Below are positions 1-9,629 of a stretch of DNA of 52,477 bases, piece by piece. Made by a program: the position numbers and the translations under genes. Source of the DNA: an uncultured bacterium (GTDB taxonomy: Bacteria > Patescibacteriota > JACMRA01); NCBI GenBank assembly GCA_963784355.1, contig CAWAQU010000005.1:1-52477 (forward strand), given 5' to 3'. Position 1 is the first letter of the stretch. Each line of letters begins with the position of its first letter. The notes under the pieces were generated by a model, which was not told the origin of the DNA, did not search any database, and was given only the letters and a program-made list of their open reading frames with translations.

Positions 1-6
1 AGTGAG

Positions 7-900
7 CTAGGACATTTTTTTCAAAGCTTCAACGCGATCTTCTATGCTTGGGTGAGTGCTAAACAAGCCGGAAATCTGCTGACCAAAGCTTTTTTTAGGT
101 GGGGAAATATAAAAATGATTGGTAGCTGTTGAATAATGGCTGGACGGTACCGGATTTTCGTATAGTTTGGTAAGAGCGCTAATTAGTCCCTGAGGGTATC
201 TAGTGTAAACTACTGCACTTGCGTCTGCCAAAGACTCTCTGGAGCGAGATACAGCCAACTGAATTAAAGTAGCCACTATGGGAGCAAGCATGATTGTGAT
301 TATGTAGATTATAAAGATAATCGGACTTTTGTTTTCACCATCATCTCTATTTCTCATACCTCCAAAAATCATAGATCGAAAACCTAAATCAGCCAAAAAA
401 CTAACAATACTGGCCATTACCATGACAACTGTGCTGACTAAAATATCACGGTTTTTTACGTGAGCCAATTCGTGAGCTACTACCCCCTCAAGTTCAGTTT
501 TATTCAGCAAATCCATAATCCCTTGATTGAAACAAATGCTAGCATGTTCAGGATCTCTACCACAGGCAAAAGCATTGGCGGATGGGTCGGGACTGATATG
601 AACTTTGGGTTTTGGAATGCCGGCGATTTTGCTGATATTTTCTACCAAGTTGTGAAGTTCGGGTGCTTCTTCTTGACCTACTTCCTTAGCTCCAGCGAAA
701 CTCAGGGCCACTTTGTCTCCAAAGAAATAGGCTATAAAAGCTTGTCCGAGTGAAATCACAAGTCCAATAATTGCCAATCCCGGAGAATTATACATGGCCC
801 CGAAGATATAAAAAATACCGCTAACCAATCCTATAAAAATAAAGATTAAAAGCCAGGTTTTTCTTAAATTTGAATTTTGATATGAATATGCAGATGACAC
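7..900 (-). CDS. htpX: Zinc metalloprotease HtpX (M48 family)
   Basis: HELAH zinc motif, PSANAFACGRDP, SRSRESLADA, LFSTHPSIEDRV and several TM helices. Start moved to GTG at 900 (VSSAYSYQ...) because the track's TTG at 951 overlaps a TTGACA hexamer. Confidence 0.92.
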   Translation of the reverse strand: MSSAYSYQNSNLRKTWLLIFIFIGLVSGIFYIFGAMYNSPGLAIIGLVISLGQAFIAYFFGDKVALSFAGAKEVGQEEAPELHNLVENISKIAGIPKPKVHISPDPSANAFACGRDPEHASICFNQGIMDLLNKTELEGVVAHELAHVKNRDILVSTVVMVMASIVSFLADLGFRSMIFGGMRNRDDGENKSPIIFIIYIITIMLAPIVATLIQLAVSRSRESLADASAVVYTRYPQGLISALTKLYENPVPSSHYSTATNHFYISPPKKSFGQQISGLFSTHPSIEDRVEALKKMS

Positions 901-923
901 AGTGCTACTAATTAATAGGTTAA

Positions 924-951
924 ATATTAAAAAGTACTGGTTTATTGTCAA
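924..951 (-). promoter_or_regulatory. Putative sigma70 promoter for htpX
   Basis: Minus strand TTGACA-16 nt-TAATAT, ending 23 nt before the GTG start. Confidence 0.45.
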
Positions 952-2892
952 TTAAGTGTGAGTAGTAGCTCTGCTTTCTATAGTAAGTCGGACTATATTG
1001 TTTTTACCTTCGGTTTTGAATTTACTTCTGGCTCCGTCTCTTTGCATTCTGACGTAAGTGACTAAATTTTGTTTAGTTTTATTAGGATCGGTACTTGAAA
1101 TATATGTATTGTAGTAAGTAGATCCAGTTGCTTGTAAATTACGTTTCAATTGAGGTAGGTTTGTAACTCCGAATTTAGTGCTTAAAGTAGCTTCTCCTTC
1201 AGCTACAGTTGCCGGGTCAGGATTGTTTATTTTACCCAAAGCCTCAACTAAGGCTTTCATATTTCGCTTTTTCTGGTTACCATTTGATGTTGCAAATATT
1301 GTGTCATTTGCCGGCACTTCAAGAATACTGCTCAAAGTCTGCCCTCCAGCACCGGTTAAATTAGGAAGTTCGTGTGTGACAAATTCGACTGCTCCAATAG
1401 CCTGATAAAATGCAGGAGTAGGGGTGTTGGTATTTGCAACAGTCTCAGCAACATTGGCAGCGTTAGTATGAATTGCTGCTTCTTTTATGCCATTTGCTAT
1501 TGCTTTCTGGGCCTCTTGGGCATGTGTTATACTTGCATGTCTATGTACATCTCCACTTCTGATATAAGCTACTGTGTGGTAGTAGATGCTACTGACCAAT
1601 AATTGCCTTTGTAAATTTGGGGCTAGTCTGGAATATTCACCACATGCATGAATTGTTTCCTCACCTATGTTGGTAGTTGCCAGTTGGGCGTCTGACAGAC
1701 TATTTATATCTGCTAAAATTTGTTGTGTGGATTTTGTGCTGCCTGTAGCATTATATGGATTTATTCCAAATTCATTTTGAAGCGAATATATTTCTAGAGC
1801 TCTATAAGCTTCTTCCTGTTGAGTATAGCTCATGTTTTTAAAATCAATATTGCCTCCGTTTACAGGAAAACCTCTGCCCAGTAAAACTGTTTCAGGTAAA
1901 GTTCCACCCTTCAAACCTGCCATTTGGCTCACTAAATCAGACATGGCAACAATCTCGCCTCCTATGCCTCTAATTGCAGTATTCAAATTTCTGGCAACTT
2001 CTGCTGGTTGGTTTGGAAAAGCTTTTCTTAATTCACTATTTGCCGCTATTAAAGCTACAGGAGTATGTTTTTCAGGAGTTTTATAGCCTTTTATTTGAGA
2101 AAAATCACCTCCTTGTTGGGTAAATATGTCCAGCATGTCACCTTGTAAAACTACAGTATCAGGCAAAGGTCCACGCATAGATTTTGCAGCTAGTTCTTGA
2201 GCTGCTCTTTCTCTTAGTACAATGTTGGATAATGGCAAAATTTGAGGATATTTAGTAAATATTTCGTATTGATTTGCTGCTAAAATTCTCGGATTTGATT
2301 CTAAATATTGCTGACAAAGGTATATGCCTCTTGGATCCATAAAAAGTTTTGTGGCTATATTACCGTAACCGTCTTTTAAAGCCAAAGGGATAAATTTACC
2401 TAATAAATGCTGTTGACCTCTAGGCCATTCATTCAAATTTGAAGATTGGTTATTCAAAAAATAATTTATCAGTAATTCGCTTTGTCTAGGGTCCATTTCC
2501 TTTATGCCCATTGCCTGTTTTCTGGCTGCTTCAGCTCTATTGGCTATTTCTGTCTTGAAAGGATCGGGCTCGCCATTTGCTCTAGCTTGCTCTCTCATTA
2601 ATCTAGCTTCCTCAGGCCCAACACCAGGGAACATGGGATTTTCAAGCATTAATTCTACTAGTCCTGCAGGCAAAGAATTCCTTAGTAATTCTTCAAATTT
2701 TCCGGCTATTTTAGTTTTGGTTTCTGCTGTTTTTCCATCATATAGTCTAGTAAATGGTTTAATCACTGTTTTTCCGGCAAATCTCTCCACAGCATCAAAT
2801 GGCTTTTTTACTGCTTTCTCTAAGTTATCAAACTGATTTGCGATATTTTCACCTATGCTCATAAATTGAATATTGGCTGGAATATAGCTCAA
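952..2892 (-). CDS. Hypothetical soluble protein, paralog of the cytoplasmic C-terminal tail of the 1621-aa VirB6-like protein
   Basis: 646-aa ORF with no obvious TM or signal peptide. Colinear motif matches to the 3867..8732 product, e.g. LFMDPRGIYLCQ vs LYGDPRGINFAQ. Start may be the downstream ATG (MSIGEN). Confidence 0.8.
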   Translation of the reverse strand: MSYIPANIQFMSIGENIANQFDNLEKAVKKPFDAVERFAGKTVIKPFTRLYDGKTAETKTKIAGKFEELLRNSLPAGLVELMLENPMFPGVGPEEARLMREQARANGEPDPFKTEIANRAEAARKQAMGIKEMDPRQSELLINYFLNNQSSNLNEWPRGQQHLLGKFIPLALKDGYGNIATKLFMDPRGIYLCQQYLESNPRILAANQYEIFTKYPQILPLSNIVLRERAAQELAAKSMRGPLPDTVVLQGDMLDIFTQQGGDFSQIKGYKTPEKHTPVALIAANSELRKAFPNQPAEVARNLNTAIRGIGGEIVAMSDLVSQMAGLKGGTLPETVLLGRGFPVNGGNIDFKNMSYTQQEEAYRALEIYSLQNEFGINPYNATGSTKSTQQILADINSLSDAQLATTNIGEETIHACGEYSRLAPNLQRQLLVSSIYYHTVAYIRSGDVHRHASITHAQEAQKAIANGIKEAAIHTNAANVAETVANTNTPTPAFYQAIGAVEFVTHELPNLTGAGGQTLSSILEVPANDTIFATSNGNQKKRNMKALVEALGKINNPDPATVAEGEATLSTKFGVTNLPQLKRNLQATGSTYYNTYISSTDPNKTKQNLVTYVRMQRDGARSKFKTEGKNNIVRLTIESRATTHT

Positions 2893-2895
2893 AAA

Positions 2896-3855
2896 CTAAT
2901 TATCGTCAATATCATGGTGATGTAAAAGCTCATCTAAATCGTGGACGTGTTTGTTTTGATTATTACCTAGACTGTCCATTCTTTGATTTTGTAGATTATT
3001 TGACCTTGGTCCGATTGCTCGTGGTCTTTGTATATTTTGAGGTTGGAATTGTGGGGGTAGGGGGTTATTAAATTGTTGAGGATAATAGTTTTGTGCCATG
3101 GGAGGCTGATTGTGTGGAATAAATTGTTGATTGAAATTGTTTGTTGGGGCTTGTGGTGGGAAATTTTGAATTGGTTGATAATTATTTTGTTCAGGATTGT
3201 ATCTTTGGGGCTGTTGACGGGTAGGCCCATTTTGAACATTGTCGCCGATAAAGGCAGCTACATCATCTTTGGTCAAAGGTTTGTTGAAATCAAGTTTACG
3301 TAAATCCAAAGTATTTTTCTCATCAAGAGCTTTTGAAAGCCTGTATTTAGCGTATAATTCAGCTTCTTCGGGTGTAATTTCAGCTTGTTGTCTAGCAGCT
3401 AATTCTTTTTGAAGCTTTTCAGGTATTTTACCGTTATTAAGCTCTTTGATAAGCTCTATACGTAGCTCTGGAGTAAGTAATTCTAATATAGTTTGCACTT
3501 TTTGCTCAACTTCTTTGTAAACGATCATTTGTCTGGCAAAGTCTAAGTCATCTATTGTTTCATCAACCAGATCTAAAAGCTCATTTAAAAACTCTTGTTT
3601 TTTACCGTCTGGAATTTCGTAAAAATCACTAAGAATTTCAATGACTTGTACTTTATTAATAATTTTCTGTTGATAAAGTTTGCGTATAGCACTAAATAGC
3701 CCATACCATAAAGGAATAAATTCAGTTATTGTATCTTCGGGTACGTGAAGATTTAGTTCATTATCTAAATTTTCTTGAATCTTTTTTAACTCATTTACTT
3801 CTTCATTAGAAATTATAGTTTGCGTATCATTTTGTGGCATAATGTAAAAATTCAA
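2896..3855 (-). CDS. Hypothetical protein with acidic helical N-terminus and Q/P/N-rich C-terminus
   Basis: 319-aa ORF packed between neighbours with only a few bp of spacing. Probable ATG start at MPQND. Confidence 0.8.
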   Translation of the reverse strand: MNFYIMPQNDTQTIISNEEVNELKKIQENLDNELNLHVPEDTITEFIPLWYGLFSAIRKLYQQKIINKVQVIEILSDFYEIPDGKKQEFLNELLDLVDETIDDLDFARQMIVYKEVEQKVQTILELLTPELRIELIKELNNGKIPEKLQKELAARQQAEITPEEAELYAKYRLSKALDEKNTLDLRKLDFNKPLTKDDVAAFIGDNVQNGPTRQQPQRYNPEQNNYQPIQNFPPQAPTNNFNQQFIPHNQPPMAQNYYPQQFNNPLPPQFQPQNIQRPRAIGPRSNNLQNQRMDSLGNNQNKHVHDLDELLHHHDIDDN

Positions 3856-3866
3856 TAAATTTTTTG

Positions 3867-6800
3867 TTAGATTGATGGAAGTTTATGGCTTGTGTATTTA
3901 TATCCACCGACTATTTTTTTATAACCGTTTGAAAATTTATCAGCCATTGATTCGGCCATAGCCTGATCTACTTTAGAGTCACTTGCACTTTTGTATTCTT
4001 TTGCTTGGCTACGGAATCTTGATTCAACATTTTCTCTCTGTTCATTTGTAATGATTTCACCTGTTGAAGGAAACATTGATTTCATTTTACTTTCTCCGGC
4101 TTCAGTATGTTTATTTAATATAATTTGTCTATTTGTTAGTCCTGGCGCCGCAACAGGATCAGCAACCTCATCTAAATTAATTCCGTAATTTTTAAATATA
4201 GACTTAGCATCCTTTACTTCAGCAGTATTACCTGAATGTAGTTTAGCCATTGCTTCACTTAAATCACCAACAATACGCTGCCTTTTTTTTGCACTACTAT
4301 TTCTTAAAATTTCATCTCTAGTGTTATCATCAAACTTTACATTTCCAAAAAAATCACTTATATTTTTATCTCCTAAGTCAGCAGCATATTCCATTTTTTC
4401 TTGTAAAGTAGCAGCACCAATTTTTGCTCTTACAGATATATTTGAAGGATCCTTCCATTTCTTATTCACAATATTACTTGCAAGATTTACACTTGCCACT
4501 TCAAGTGCTTGTGAAGCTAGTGAGTGAATTGCAGCCCTCTTACTACCCTTTTTGAAACCTTCATAAGTTGCGGCAGAGGCTTCTTTGATTCTTTGAGATT
4601 GAACTGGTCTATTATTTATATAGGATTTGGCTTTTTGGCCGATTATTCTACGTAAAGTTAGTTCTTTTGATGCTTCGTCCATAGCGGCCCACTCCGGATC
4701 TGATATATTTTCCCTAATTTCTTGTCCAACATTAGTTTTTTCTAATTGGTCCAAGGTTAATCTATTCAATTCTGACTGGAAACCTTCAGATTTTATGGAA
4801 CCATCAGGATTCTTTTCCTCGTCATTTAATTTTGTAATTCCAAATTCTTTGGCGATAGCCTTCATTTCTAACAATTCTAACTCTCTATTTTGCTCTTCTT
4901 CATTTAAATTCTGGAAGGTACTATCCTTTCTTAAATTGTATTGCTCTCTCATAAGATCGTTTTCTCCAATAAAATTTGAACCAATTTCTCTTAATCCGGA
5001 ATTAATATTTCTTTGAACCATCTTTTTTTGATCTGGATTTTGTATGTTATTAATTGCTTCTTTGTAGTAAGCATCCATCTGCATTTTGGCCGCATCTTCA
5101 CCCGCTACACTATACGCTCGTTTTCCTATTCTGTCATGTAAAGCAACCATATCACCGCCAGCTTCTTTATAACCACGAATAACCTCTGGATCGGAAAATG
5201 TTCTGGCACTTGCATTTCTAAACTTTTCGTCATTTGTAGCCAGTTCTTCACCAGATTTTTTTCTTGAGCTACTACTAGATTGAATCTGTGGCTCTTTTTC
5301 TGCCAACTTTTCTCTTATACCAGGATCTAGTTTGTCAAATACTTTCTGGGCAAAATTGATTCCTCTAGGGTCACCATAAAGTGATCTGCCGAGAGCTGCA
5401 TTTTCTAAACTTTGACTCATTAGTTGTTCAAATAGAGTTACTTGCTCTCCAGACCATTTTTGAAAATCTGAAGGAAAACTATCAAGAATGTCTTTGGCAA
5501 TAGATTCAGCAATAGTACCTGAGAGTTTTTTACCTGATATTTTTAATGCTCTATTTTTTGCATCCCTTATTCTTTCTTTTAAATCGACCTCAATAGGATC
5601 AGTTTCGCCTCGTCTTATAGCACCTTCCTCTAGAGTTTTCATTCCTATTCTATCTAGACCTACAAATCTGCTAAAATCTTCATCTCCATTTAAATAATTA
5701 TTGAGTTTGCTGCTTACAAAAGGTAGTTTTCTAATTGATCTTTCCAAATTACCATACATTGTTTCTTTTAATTCTGCTTCTTTACCTTCTCTACTTCTTG
5801 TAATACCTTCCAGTACTTTTTTAGGAGTTTTACCAAGTAATTGAACTATATCAGGTGCAATTTGAAAAGTATCGGCAACAATATTAGGTATGAATGAAGT
5901 CTTTTTGCTCCACTCTTGTCCTTGTACTTCCGCGTCTTTAAGCTTATTAGTCAATGTTTCTTTTTGACTTTCTAGCCGACTTCTCTGGGTGTTACTTAAA
6001 TTCCCGCTTGAAAGTTGTTGATTAATCTTTTCTAGTTTACCTGGTATTAAGAAATTTTTTCTTATGGATCCAACAGCACTTCCTGCTACAAAACCTGTGC
6101 TACCCCCAACAAATCTAGTGGTAGCTCCATAGGCACCCAAGAATGGTCTAGACCACTTCCCAACTGCAGATAACCCCTTTTTAGTAAAATTCTCCAGGTC
6201 CTTATCCATGAAGTTAAGTGTCATGTACAGAGCTCCAATGCTGATAGCTCCGCCTAAAATGATTCTCAAAGAGTCTTCAAAAGTTCTATCATAATTACCG
6301 GTAATATTCGAAATAGGCGATGCGACTGTTGCAGCAGCTGCTTGAGCAAAAGTATCCACAGAGTTCAAAAATATACTGGCTAAATTTCCGATACCTCCTC
6401 CAACGTAGCTCAATGCCCCTTTATTAGTATAAGTTACTTGGGCAAATTTTTCTGTAAGTACGCCGACAAGTACTAAAGAAAATACAAAAATTGGGTAAAA
6501 ACTGGTCCATTTTATAAATTTGTCTACCCATTTTTTCCCTATTGGTTTGAGACTCTCGAAAGGTAATAAATAAGTAGCCAAGGCTATAGGTGAAGTGACC
6601 ATTAAAAGCCATAAGCCTACTATACGCATAGTTGCCATATAGGCCGCCTTCCAAAATACGTAGATAGCTACACATATCATTATCAAAAAGACTGCTTCAC
6701 TGATTAGCATGGCCGTGGCTGCACCACTATTTTGGGAGAAAAAAGCTGTTAGGGGGCTCATTATACTATCTCCAGCTTGCTCGAAAACATTTGCTCCTAT

Positions 6801-8732
6801 CTTACAATCTGCTGCACCACCGTTTTTAACAGAACTTTGCATTTGTTTACCACATCTAAGTATAGAGACTCTACCGATACCATCAATTACATTACCTATT
6901 AGGGCCCTGTTAATATTATCAGGGGTCACCGTACCTTTAGTAGCAACGTAACTGTAAATAAAGACATCACCTACACCTTGGGTAATATTGATAACTGTAG
7001 CTACTCCGAGTATTGTAAAGTTAATAGATAATGCTACTATAACAATACTAGTTAAAAATTCTTGAATACTTTTTTTTACGTTCTTAATATTTAAAATATA
7101 GCCAAATCCTACGTAAAGAAACGATCCCAGTATCATTATATTTGCTATGGTAATTAATACGCTCCAGGGGGCTATTGCGACGGTAAAAAAGTCACTTCCG
7201 GCAGGATTTATACGTAAAAATACTAAAATTACCCAGCCTAATAAAAATAATACTGCAATAGCAACCCAACCACAAAAGTAGATAAACCAAAGTAATAATA
7301 TGGCAACTATATTGAATAGACCTTCTAGCAAGCTCTTTGCAACATTTGGTGCACCCGCATTGCTAGTACCGGTATTTGTGATTTCTCCACCAGTTTCACT
7401 GAAATTTTGTTGTACTAAGTTTTTATTTATACAAGTTAACTTTATTTTATTTACATCTACCCCGGCTTTTTTTAAATCATCACGATTTACAGGTATACAT
7501 GCTAAAGTGTTGTTGTTACAAAGTATTATATCATCCGTTCCATTCCACTTTTGTTTAGTTTTCAAAGTTTCAAGTTGCTCCTTTAATTTATAGTTTACTG
7601 AGCTAGGGCCGGCTGTTTTTGCATCTGCAGCTAATTTATTTGCATCTGCTGCTGTGGTAAGCTTACATCCTTGTAATTGATTTTGTACTGAGCCCTGTAT
7701 GTCAGAGAGGTCTACAATTTGATCAGCATTGGCAACTTTTTTTTCGTCTTTAAGCTTGGCCTTAAATTCACCCAGATTTTGTACACCAGGACATCGATAA
7801 GCATCTTCCCTCATTCCTTGTATAAGTGGTCCAATTCCAAGTGTTAGGGTTGATAAAACAGTTCTTGAAAGTGTTCCACATACATCATTTGCTGCATTTG
7901 TACCAGATGGAAGACCTAAAAATTTCCAATCTTTAATATATAAGCTACCTCCATCTTTTGTCGCAAAAACTCTGCCTGAACCTGTCGGCCAATTTGCTAG
8001 TGTAACACTGTTATCTCCTGAGGGCAAAGTGTCCCCTTTAAGATCCCCAAATAAAATTATCTCCTTTGTACATCTTAAATCAAGACTTTTATCCATCTCT
8101 TTATAACCAACACACACTTGGTTCGGTTTGGTGATAGGCTTGCCATCTTTTTCACAGCTTAAGCTAATTTTACTTAATTCATAAGTACTTGCTGTATTTT
8201 GATCTGTTAGCTTACAATTGTAACCATTATCAGTTTTATTAACTATTGCGGTAGGTGGTATGCCTCCTGGGGTTGTAGGGGTGTCAGGAGTCGCCGGTAC
8301 CTCTTTTCTAGTACAAATGGCAACTTCACCTGCATATCCGTTACAGCTACTATATTTCACTCCAGCTTCACCTTCACAAGTTTGATCATCAGAACCTGCC
8401 CCTATTTTACACTGCAACCTCCAAGCATCTTTACTATCCGTTCCACTGGTACAAAATACATGATTGTAAATAAGGGTACGTTGTGTGTCTCCTTGTGGAT
8501 CATAATTTGGATTGGGGGTCTGAAAATCATAGAAATCACAATCTTTTTTATCGCCACAAATCTTGGCATCTGTATCACAATCTGCACTTGTAGCAAAAAA
8601 ATAGCCCTCAGTAGCCGCTTCCGCAAAGGTATTTAAATTACTAATCCCTGAAGCCAAGCTTGTGACTAAAAGCCCTAAAACTATTAGTAATAAACTACTT
8701 TTACCGATAAAATTCGTGATTTTTTTGAGCAT
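3867..8732 (-). CDS. Large membrane protein: signal peptide, Cys-rich extracellular domain, VirB6/TrbL-like multi-TM core, long cytoplasmic tail
   Basis: 1621 aa. Hydrophobic N-terminus ending TFAEA. Many Cys in the first ~440 aa. TM block with W..LITIANIMILGSFLYVGFGYIL and RIVGLWLLMVTSPIALATYLLP..KKW..KF, a pattern typical of VirB6/TrbL-like proteins. Family call is by eye. Confidence 0.7.
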   Translation of the reverse strand: MLKKITNFIGKSSLLLIVLGLLVTSLASGISNLNTFAEAATEGYFFATSADCDTDAKICGDKKDCDFYDFQTPNPNYDPQGDTQRTLIYNHVFCTSGTDSKDAWRLQCKIGAGSDDQTCEGEAGVKYSSCNGYAGEVAICTRKEVPATPDTPTTPGGIPPTAIVNKTDNGYNCKLTDQNTASTYELSKISLSCEKDGKPITKPNQVCVGYKEMDKSLDLRCTKEIILFGDLKGDTLPSGDNSVTLANWPTGSGRVFATKDGGSLYIKDWKFLGLPSGTNAANDVCGTLSRTVLSTLTLGIGPLIQGMREDAYRCPGVQNLGEFKAKLKDEKKVANADQIVDLSDIQGSVQNQLQGCKLTTAADANKLAADAKTAGPSSVNYKLKEQLETLKTKQKWNGTDDIILCNNNTLACIPVNRDDLKKAGVDVNKIKLTCINKNLVQQNFSETGGEITNTGTSNAGAPNVAKSLLEGLFNIVAILLLWFIYFCGWVAIAVLFLLGWVILVFLRINPAGSDFFTVAIAPWSVLITIANIMILGSFLYVGFGYILNIKNVKKSIQEFLTSIVIVALSINFTILGVATVINITQGVGDVFIYSYVATKGTVTPDNINRALIGNVIDGIGRVSILRCGKQMQSSVKNGGAADCKIGANVFEQAGDSIMSPLTAFFSQNSGAATAMLISEAVFLIMICVAIYVFWKAAYMATMRIVGLWLLMVTSPIALATYLLPFESLKPIGKKWVDKFIKWTSFYPIFVFSLVLVGVLTEKFAQVTYTNKGALSYVGGGIGNLASIFLNSVDTFAQAAAATVASPISNITGNYDRTFEDSLRIILGGAISIGALYMTLNFMDKDLENFTKKGLSAVGKWSRPFLGAYGATTRFVGGSTGFVAGSAVGSIRKNFLIPGKLEKINQQLSSGNLSNTQRSRLESQKETLTNKLKDAEVQGQEWSKKTSFIPNIVADTFQIAPDIVQLLGKTPKKVLEGITRSREGKEAELKETMYGNLERSIRKLPFVSSKLNNYLNGDEDFSRFVGLDRIGMKTLEEGAIRRGETDPIEVDLKERIRDAKNRALKISGKKLSGTIAESIAKDILDSFPSDFQKWSGEQVTLFEQLMSQSLENAALGRSLYGDPRGINFAQKVFDKLDPGIREKLAEKEPQIQSSSSSRKKSGEELATNDEKFRNASARTFSDPEVIRGYKEAGGDMVALHDRIGKRAYSVAGEDAAKMQMDAYYKEAINNIQNPDQKKMVQRNINSGLREIGSNFIGENDLMREQYNLRKDSTFQNLNEEEQNRELELLEMKAIAKEFGITKLNDEEKNPDGSIKSEGFQSELNRLTLDQLEKTNVGQEIRENISDPEWAAMDEASKELTLRRIIGQKAKSYINNRPVQSQRIKEASAATYEGFKKGSKRAAIHSLASQALEVASVNLASNIVNKKWKDPSNISVRAKIGAATLQEKMEYAADLGDKNISDFFGNVKFDDNTRDEILRNSSAKKRQRIVGDLSEAMAKLHSGNTAEVKDAKSIFKNYGINLDEVADPVAAPGLTNRQIILNKHTEAGESKMKSMFPSTGEIITNEQRENVESRFRSQAKEYKSASDSKVDQAMAESMADKFSNGYKKIVGGYKYTSHKLPSI

Positions 8733-8809
8733 TTTTTGTTTTTGTTTTAAATTTATTTTACTTTAGTTTTTGCACCTTGGCAAATTCTGTTTGATGTATA
8801 GATTATTGT

Positions 8810-9622
8810 TTATATTCCCTCACTTTCAGCTTCATTTTCTTCGGTATTCTGTAAATCTTGATCTTGAGTAGTATTACTATCTTCCTCTGCATTAGCTTCC
8901 TCGATTTCATCATCACTTACCTCTTCAGGCTTGCTGACTAAAGTAGCAGTTACAGGGTCTGCCTTAGGGTCAGCTATTACTTTTTTTAAATCTAAGGTGT
9001 ATACTGTGATATCAAGAGCCTCTTCAAAACTTTTGACAGTGTTAAGCTGAAAAATAGTACGGTCTTCCTCTTCCTGGAAAGTATTTACTATAAACAGCTT
9101 TTGTGGATTTGATAATTGTTTAACCTCAAAAAAATCAGGTTTGGAAAAATAAAGCTGAGATGTAGAATCAGTATTTTGGCTGATAAAAAACCAGTAAATC
9201 TGATTGTTTACTGTAAATTCAAAAAAATCAGAGATGGATTGACCTAAAAATCTAACCTCGTTTTTACTATCAACAATAAATAATTTCTCATCCAATTTTT
9301 TATTAGTATTTGGATCATTAAACATGGGCTTTTGAAGTGCATCTTGGAATTTTTTGTCTTTAATTTCAGTATAAGGAATCTTTAAAACTTTACTACTACC
9401 TGACAAATCAGCAATGTCATACAAGTTACTACTAGTCATGGCCTCAACTGTGTATTCATCAACAGTATTTTGATCGACTTGTGTTTCTTGTTGAGTATTT
9501 TGCTGTAGAGCGGGCGTTGTTTTATTGGAGGTATTTAACCAAATCATTAAACCGGTTATACTGATTAAAGTAACTATCAAGCCAATCACAAAAATTTTTG
9601 ATTTGAAGATGTTTTGAAGCAT
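8810..9622 (-). CDS. Membrane-anchored hypothetical protein (paralog of 9630..10949)
   Basis: 270 aa, N-terminal TM, acidic tail, motif VNNQIYWFF...FSKPDF. Confidence 0.8.
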   Translation of the reverse strand: MLQNIFKSKIFVIGLIVTLISITGLMIWLNTSNKTTPALQQNTQQETQVDQNTVDEYTVEAMTSSNLYDIADLSGSSKVLKIPYTEIKDKKFQDALQKPMFNDPNTNKKLDEKLFIVDSKNEVRFLGQSISDFFEFTVNNQIYWFFISQNTDSTSQLYFSKPDFFEVKQLSNPQKLFIVNTFQEEEDRTIFQLNTVKSFEEALDITVYTLDLKKVIADPKADPVTATLVSKPEEVSDDEIEEANAEEDSNTTQDQDLQNTEENEAESEGI

Positions 9623-9629
9623 AATATTT

